A stretch of DNA of 64,000 bases from Dendrobates tinctorius (Eukaryota). Positions 56,701 to 64,000 of the stretch are shown in pieces (positions within the stretch are counted from its first letter, which is position 1; each line of letters opens with the position of its first letter). The stretch spans positions 1,736,001-1,800,000 of the forward strand of contig NW_027362112.1 in the NCBI RefSeq assembly GCF_039654945.1, given 5' to 3'. The notes under the pieces are model-generated. The model saw nothing but the letters and a program-made list of their open reading frames with translations, did no database searches and was not told the origin of the DNA. Both the position numbers and the translations under genes were made by a program.

Positions 56701-58395
56701 TAGATCGTCAGTGATCTGGTCGGTGCTCGGTCGGGTGTAGATCGTCAGTGATCTGGTCGGTGCTCGGTCGGGTGTAGATCGTCAGTGATCTGGTCGGTCG
56801 GGTGTAGATCGTCAGTGATCTGCTCTGTGCTCGGTCGGGTGTAGATCGTCAGTGATCTGGTCGGTGCTCGGTCGGGTGTAGATCGTCAGTGATCTGGTCG
56901 GTCGGGTGTAGATCGTCAGTGATCTGCTCTGTGCTCGGTCGGGTGTAGATCGTCAGTGATCCGGTCGGTGCTCGGTCGGGTGTAGATCGTCAGTGATCTG
57001 CTCTGTGTTCGGTCGGGTGTAGATCGTCAGTGATCTGGTCGGTGCTCGGTTGGGTGTAGATCGTCAGTGATCTGGTCGGTGCTCGGTCGGGTGTAGATCG
57101 TCAGTGATCTGGTCGGTGCTCGGTCGGGTGTAGATCGTCAGTGATCTGGTCGGTGCTCGGTTGGGTGTAGATCGTCAGTGATCTGGTCGGTGCTCGGTCG
57201 GGTGTAGATCGTCAGTGATCTGGTCGGTGCTCGGTCGGGTGTAGATCGTCAGTGATCTGGTCGGTGCTCGGTCGGGTGTAGATCGTCAGTGATCTGGTCT
57301 GTGCTCGGTCGGGTGTAGGTCGTCAGTGATCTGGTCGGTCGGGTGTAGATCGTCAGTGATCTGGTCGGTGCTCGGTCGGGTGTAGGTCGTCAGTGATCTG
57401 CTCTGTGCTCGGTCGGGTGTAGATCGTCAGTGATCTGCTCTGTGCTCGGTCGGGTGTAGATCGTCAGTGATCTGCTCTGTGCTCGGTCGGGTGTAGATCG
57501 TCAGTGATCTGGTCGGTGCTCGGTCGGGTGTAGATCGTCAGTGATCTGCTCTGTGCTCGGTCGGGTGTAGATCGTCAGTGATCTGCTCTGTGCTCGGTCG
57601 GGTGTAGATCGTCAGTGATCTGGTCGGTCGGGTGTAGATCGTCAGTGATCTGCTCTGTGCTCGGTCGGGTGTAGATCGTCAGTGATCTGGTCGGTGCTCG
57701 GTCGGGTGTAGATCGTCAGTGATCTGCTCTGTGCTCGGTCGGGTGTAGATCGTCAGTGATCTGCTCTGTGTTCGGTCGGGTGTAGATCGTCAGTGATCTG
57801 GTCGGTGCTCGGTCGGGTGTAGATCGTCAGTGATCTGGTCGGTGCTCGGTCGGGTGTAGATCGTCAGTGATCTGGTCGGTGCTCGGTCGGGTGTAGATCG
57901 TCAGTGATCTGGTCGGTGCTCGGTCGGGTGTAGATCGTCAGTGATCTGGTCGGTGCTCGGTCGGGTGTAGATCGTCAGTGATCTGGTCGGTGCTCGGTCG
58001 GGTGTAGATCGTCAGTGATCTGCTCTGTGTTCGGTCGGGTGTAGATCGTCAGTGATCTGGTCGGTGCTCGGTTGGGTGTAGATCGTCAGTGATCTGGTCG
58101 GTGCTCGGTCGGGTGTAGATCGTCAGTGATCTGGTCGGTGCTCGGTCGGGTGTAGATCGTCAGTGATCTGGTCGGTGCTCGGTTGGGTGTAGATCGTCAG
58201 TGATCTGGTCGGGTGTAGATCGTCAGTGATCTGGTCGGTGCTCGGTCGGGTGTAGATCGTCAGTGATCTGCTCTGTGCTCGGTCGGGTGTAGATCGTCAG
58301 TGATCTGCTCTGTGCTCGGTCGGGTGTAGATCGTCAGTGATCTGCTCGGTGCTCGGTCGGGTGTAGATCGTCAGTGATCTGGTCGGTGCTCGGTT
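53800..58395. repeat. 37-bp satellite GATCTG(GTCG/CTCT)GTGCTCGGTCGGGTGTAGATCGTCAGT, ~4.6 kb
   Basis: More than 120 tandem units with two main variants and recurrent deletion variants. Confidence 0.97.
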
Positions 58396-58499
58396 GCGGT
58401 GTCCGTTCTCCGCAGTCTCGGTCCCGGGATGAATGGACGAGCTGTGCACCAGAGTCCCCGCACTGCATCCCGGCATCAGGCAGATTCCCTCAGTCTCGA

Positions 58500-58852
58500 C
58501 TCCTTCTGGGACTTGTAGTTCTTTGTTTAGTGGATTACGTTGGATGTTAGACAGACTTTGTTATCAGAGAACTACAATAACCAGAATGCACCGCTCAGCA
58601 GAACGCCGCCCTCCTGAGCCCGGTGTGTCGGGAGTTGTAGTCGAGGAATAGTCTCCGTTGTTGGTTAGTGCTGGAGATTGGACTACGTTTCCCAGGAGCC
58701 CCCGGGCTGCCCGCGGCGCTCAGCGCTCAGAGCCTGCACTGTGGTGCTGGATGGAGGGGGCGCGTGTGGTCCAGGGATGAGCCGGAGATGAGAGGCGGAG
58801 GGACGGGGACAAAGGCCTGAGCGGCGGCGGCGGCGGCACCGGGAGCCGAGCG
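58500..58852 (+). promoter_or_regulatory. CpG-rich promoter with four ZNF143-type motifs and a non-coding first exon, probably ST3GAL2 by synteny
   Basis: TTCTGGGACTTGTAGTT (~58504), ACTACAATAACCAGAATGCA (58571), GGGAGTTGTAGTC (~58630), GACTACGTTTCCCAGGAG (58681). GC-rich leader with donor GCG|GTACGT at 58852/58853. Gene identity is inferred only from the human order ST3GAL2-FCSK-COG4-SF3B3. Confidence 0.55.
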
Positions 58853-59978
58853 GTACGTGCTGCGGAGGGGGAATGCGCCCCGTGTGTGGACGTGTGCGCC
58901 CCAAATATACTGTGTACCCCATATATACTGTATGTACCCCCTATATACTGTGTACCCCCTATATACTGTGTGTACCCCCTATATACTGTGTGTACCCCCT
59001 ATATACTGTGTACCCCCTATATACAGCGTACCCCATATATACTGTATGTACCCCCTATATACTGTATGTACCCCATATATAGAGCGTACCCCATATATAC
59101 TGTGTGCCCCCATATATACTGTGTGCCCCCATATATACTGTGTGCCCCCATATATACTGTGTGTACCCCATATATACTGTGTGTACCCCATATATACTGT
59201 GTGTACCCCATATATACTGTGTGTACCCCTATATACAGCGTACCCCATATATACTGTGTACCCCATATATACTGTATGTACCCCTATATACAGCGTACCC
59301 CATATATACTGTTTGCCCCCATATATACAGCGTACCCCATATATACTGTGTGCCCCCATATATACAGCGTACCCCATATATACTGTGTGCGCCCCCATAT
59401 ATACTGTATGTATCCCTATATACAGCGTACCCCATATATACTGTGTGTGCCCCCTATATACTGTGTACCCCTATATACAGCGTACCCCATATATACAGCG
59501 TACCCCATATATACTGTGTGTGCCCCCATATATACAGAATACCGCATATATACTGTGCGTACCCCATATATACTGTGCGTGCCCCCATATATACAGCGTG
59601 CCCCCATATATACAGCGTGCCCCCATATATACTGTATGTACCCCATATATACTGTATGTACCCCATATATACTGTGTGCCCCATATATACTGTGTACCCC
59701 TATATACAGCGTACCCCATATATACTGTGTGCGCCCCATATATACTGTGTACATATATATATATATACAGCGTACCCCCTATATACAGCGTACCTCCATA
59801 TATACTGTGTGCGCCCCCATATATACTGTGTGCGCCCCCATATATACTGTGTGTACCCCCATATATACTGTATGTACCCCTATTTACAGCGTATCTCCAT
59901 ATATACTGTGTACCCCTATATATACTGTGTGCCCCCATATATACAGCGTACCCCATATATACTGTGTGTGCCCCCATA

Positions 59979-61585
59979 CAGTGGGGCAAAAAAGTATTTA
60001 GTCAGTCAGCGATAGTGCAAGTTCCACCACTTAAAAAGATGAGAGGCGTCTGTAATTTACATCATAGGTAGACCTCAACTATGGGAGACAAACTGAGAAA
60101 AAAAAATCCAGAAAATCACATTGTCTGTTTTTTTTTTCATTTTATTTGCATATTATGGTGGAAAATAAGTATTTGGTCAGAAACAAAATTTCATCTCAAT
60201 ACTTTGTGATATATCCTTTGTTGGCAATGACAGAGGTCAAACGTTTTCTGTAAGTCTTCACAAGGTTGCCACACACTGTTGTTGGTATGTTGGCCCATTC
60301 CTCCATGCAGATCTCCTCTAGAGCAGTGATGTTTTTGGCTTTTCGCTTGGCAACACAGACTTTCAACTCCCTCCAAAGGTTTTCTATAGGGTTGAGATCT
60401 GGAGACTGGCTAGGCCACTCCAGGACCTTGAAATGCTTCTTACGAAGCCACTCCTTCGTTGCCCTGGCGGTGTGCTTTGGATCATTGTCATGTTGAAAGA
60501 CCCAGCCACGTTTCATCTTCAATGCCCTTGCTGATGGAAGGAGGTTTGCACTCAAAATCTCACGATACATGGCCCCATTCATTCTTTCATGTACCCGGAT
60601 CAGTCGTCCTGGCCCCTTTGCAGAGAAACAGCCCCAAAGCATGATGTTTCCACCACCATGCTTTACAGTAGGTATGGTGTTTGATGGATGCAACTCAGTA
60701 TTCTTTTTCCTCCAAACACGACAAGTTGTGTTTCTACCAAACAGTTCCAGTTTGGTTTCATCAGACCATAGGACATTCTCCCAAAACTCCTCTGGATCAT
60801 CCAAATGCTCTCTAGCAAACTTCAGACGGGCCCGGACATGTACAGGCTTAAGCAGTGGGACACGTCTGGCACTGCAGGATCTGAGTCCATGGTGGCGTAG
60901 TGTGTTACTTATGGTAGGCCTTGTTACATTGGTCCCAGCTCTCTGCAGTTCATTCACTAGGTCCCCCCGCGTGGTTCTGGGATTTTTGCTCACCGTTCTT
61001 GTGATCATTCTGACCCCACGGGGTGGGATTTTGCGTGGAGCACCAGATCGAGGGAGATTATCAGTGGTCTTGTATGTCTTCCATTTTCTAATTATTGCTC
61101 CCACAGTTGATTTCTTCACTCCAAGCTGGTTGGCTATTGCAGATTCAGTCTTCCCAGCCTGGTGCAGGGCTACAATTTTGTTTCTGGTGTCCTTTGACAG
61201 CTCTTTGGTCTTCACCATAGTGGAGTTTGGAGTCAGACTGTTTGAGGGTGTGCACAGGTGTCTTTTTATACTGATAACAAGTTTAAACAGGTGCCATTAC
61301 TACAGGTAATGAGTGGAGGAAAGAGGAGACTCTTAAAGAAGAAGTTACAGGTCTGTGAGAGCCAGAAATCTTGATTGCTTGTTTCTGACCAAATACTTAT
61401 TTTCCACCATAATATGCAAATAAAATGAAAAAAAAACAGACAATGTGATTTTCTGGATTTTTTTTTCTCAGTTTGTCTCCCATAGTTGAGGTCTACCTAT
61501 GATGTAAATTACAGACGCCTCTCATCTTTTTAAGTGGTGGAACTTGCACTATTGCTGACTGACTAAATACTTTTTTTCCCCACTG
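59979..61585 (-). mobile_element. Intact IR/DR Tc1 transposon (1607 bp)
   Basis: TA|CAGTGGGGCAAAAAAGTATTTAGTCAG ... CTGACTAAATACTTTTTTTCCCCACTG|TA with ~205-bp nearly identical TIRs. Confidence 0.96.
60196..61218 (-). CDS. Tc1 DD34E transposase, 340 aa, uninterrupted
   Basis: Paired-like HTH with GAPRK (GRPR-like), WSDETK, HDNDPKH-x-SPDLNPIE with 34 residues between D and E. Confidence 0.95.
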   Translation of the reverse strand: MVKTKELSKDTRNKIVALHQAGKTESAIANQLGVKKSTVGAIIRKWKTYKTTDNLPRSGAPRKIPPRGVRMITRTVSKNPRTTRGDLVNELQRAGTNVTRPTISNTLRHHGLRSCSARRVPLLKPVHVRARLKFAREHLDDPEEFWENVLWSDETKLELFGRNTTCRVWRKKNTELHPSNTIPTVKHGGGNIMLWGCFSAKGPGRLIRVHERMNGAMYREILSANLLPSARALKMKRGWVFQHDNDPKHTARATKEWLRKKHFKVLEWPSQSPDLNPIENLWRELKVCVAKRKAKNITALEEICMEEWANIPTTVCGNLVKTYRKRLTSVIANKGYITKY

Positions 61586-62356
61586 TATATACAGCGTACC
61601 CCATATATACTGTGTGGACGTGTGCTGCTGTGTGCCCCCATATATACAGCGTACCCTATATATATTGTATGTACCTCCATATATACTGTGTACCCCATGT
61701 ATATATATACTGTGTACCCCTATATACAGCGTAGCCTATATATATTGTATGTACCTCCATATATACTGTGTACCCCATGTATATATATACTGTGTACCCC
61801 TATATACAGCGTAGCCTATATATATTGTATGTACCTCCATATATACTGTGTGTACCCCTATATATATATATACTGTGTGCCCCCCATATATACTGTGTAC
61901 CCCTATATACAGCGTACCCTATATATATTGTATGTACCTCCATATATACTGTGTGTACCCCTATATATATATACTGTGTGCCCCCATATATACTGTGTAC
62001 CCCTATATACAGCGTACCCTATATATATTGTATGTACCTCCATATATACTGTGTGTACCCATATATATATATATATATATACTGTGTGCCCCCATATATA
62101 CTTTGTACCCCTATATACAGCGTACCCCATATATACTGTGTGTTGCTGTGTGCGCTTCCATGTATAATGTATACCCCCATATAATATATACTGTGTGCCC
62201 CATATACAGCGTACCCTATATATACTGTATGGACGTGTGTTGCTGTGTGTGCCCCCATATAATGTATACTGTGTACCCCCTGTTTACCATGTGGACGTGT
62301 GCTGCTGTGTGCGCCCCCATATATACCGTGTGTTCCCCTATATACAGCGTACCCCC

Positions 62357-64000
62357 ATATATTATTATTCTACATTTCTATAGCGCCATTTATTCCATGG
62401 TGCTTTACATGTGAAAAGGGGAAATATAGATAAGTATAATAAACATGTGTAAGACAAGGGACACACAAATACATAAGGAGAGGGGACCCTGCCCGCGAGG
62501 GCTCACAGTCTACAGGGATGGGTGAGGACACAGTAGGAGAGGGTAGAGCAGGTCGTGCGGTGGTTCAGTAGACCGAGGATCATTGCAGGCTGTAGGCTTG
62601 TCGGAACAGGTGGGTCTTCAGGTTCTTCTTGAAGGTTTCCGTTGATGGTGAGAGTCTGATGTGTTGCGGCAGAGAGTTCCAGAGTATGGGGGAAGCACGG
62701 GAGGAGTCTTGTATGCGGTTGTGGGAAGAAGAGATAAGGGGGGAGTAGAGAAGGAGATCTTGGGAGGATCGAAGGTTGCTTGCGGGTAGGTACCTAGAGA
62801 CCATGTCACAGATGTATGGAGGAGACAGGTTGTGGATGGCTTTGTATGTCATGGTTAGGGTTTTGAACTGGAGCCTCTGGACGATAGGAAGCCAGAGAAG
62901 GGCCTGGCATAGGGGGGAGGCTGGGGAATAGAGGGGAGACAGGTGGATTAGTCGGGCAGCAGAGTGTAGGATGGACTGGAGCGGAGCCAGAGTGCTAGAG
63001 GGGAGGCCAGAGAGTAGGAGGTTGCAGTAGTCGAGGCGGGAGATGATAAGAACCTGCACTAGTGTTGTTGTCATTTTGTGGTTGAGGAATGAGCGGATCC
63101 GGGAAATACTTTTGAGTTTGAGGCGGCAGGAGGAGGCGAGGGCTTGGATATGTGGTTTGAAAGAGAGCGCAGAGTCGAGGATCACCCTAAGAAGGCTGAG
63201 ATAGCAGACAGACAGTGTAGCATTTTGGTCAGTAAGGAGGCGAGGTTGGGTCCAGAGATGTAGATCTGCGTGTCATCGGCATAGAGATGATACTGAAAGC
63301 CATGAGATTCTATGAGCTGTCCCAAGCCGAAGGTGTAGATGGAGAAGAGTAGGGGTCCTAGGACTGAGCCTTGAGGAACACCGACAGACAGGGGGCGAGG
63401 TGAGGAGGTGGTGTGTGAGAGGGAGACCCTAAATGTTCGGTCTGTTAGGTATGATGAGATCCAGAATAGGGCCAAGTCTGTGATGCCAAGAGATGAGAGA
63501 GTCTGTAGCAGGAGGGAATGGTCTACGGTGTCGAAGGCAGAGGACTGGTCCAGGAGAAGGAGGACAGAGTAGTGTCGCTTGCTCTTGGCGGTTAGTAGGT
63601 CATTAATGACTTTAGTTGGGGCAGTTTCAGTTGAGTGATGCGGTCGGAAGCCAGATTGTAACCGGTCAAAGAGGGAACAGGAGGAGAGGTGGGAGGACAG
63701 TTCAAGGTGGACATGCTGTTCCAGTAGTTTTGAGGCGTAAGGGAGAAGAGATATCGGGCGATAGTTAGACACAGAGGATGGATCATCAAGGGAGGGCTTT
63801 TTGAGGATGGGTGTGATTGAGGCATGTTTGAAGGATGAGGGAAAGATACCATTTGTAAGTGAAAGGTTGAAGAGGTGTGTTAGAGATGGGATGAGGACTG
63901 TGGCCAAGTTAGGGATGAGGTGGGACGGGAGCGGGTCGAGGGCACAAGTGGTGAGGTGTGATCTTGACAGAAGGGTGGAGAGCTGATCTTCTGTCATGGA
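62357..64000 (-). mobile_element. L2-clade LINE 3' portion (runs off window end), frameshifted
   Basis: [54 protein letters not shown] in two frames (break ~63185). 3' tail ...GGCGCTATAGAAAT...AATAATAAT on -. Confidence 0.9.

Larger units (their letters stand above)
58900..62356. repeat. Degenerate CCCCATATATACTGTGTGT / ATACAGCGTACCCC tandem repeat, interrupted by a Tc1
   Basis: Visible at 58900-59978 and 61586-62356. Confidence 0.92.

Noticed and set aside
50857-58395. CRISPR-like arrays (33-, 37- and 41-bp repeats)
   Set aside because: Head-to-tail units with no unique spacers, no cas genes, and a eukaryotic context.
58857-62414. Tyr/Cys/Pro-rich ORFs
   Set aside because: Translations of the TA-rich degenerate tandem repeat.

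Overview
Eukaryotic (vertebrate, most likely anuran/frog) genomic DNA. It holds the conserved SF3B3(-) / COG4(+) / FCSK(-) gene cluster and, near the end, a CpG-rich promoter and non-coding first exon that by synteny is probably ST3GAL2(+). Exons were placed by hand from GT-AG sites and frame continuity: SF3B3 coding exons 2-8 (partial gene), complete COG4 (19 exons, 772 aa) and complete FCSK (23 coding exons, 1073 aa). Three SNORD111-type C/D snoRNA copies lie in SF3B3 introns. The exons are compact, but the introns are inflated by more than 10 unrelated GC-rich minisatellites, a 9.2-kb almost A-free pyrimidine tract, and nested transposons. The nested elements are: a full-length two-ORF L1 inserted at a non-canonical site inside a Passport-like Tc1; a CR1 with an open ORF2 inside a minisatellite and itself hit by a Harbinger MITE; a solo LTR inside the TIR of a Tc1 MITE; a hAT element carrying tandem repeats; and an intact DD34E Tc1. 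Most long ORFs in the supplied track are repeat artefacts. Family assignments come from recalled motifs, not from database searches.
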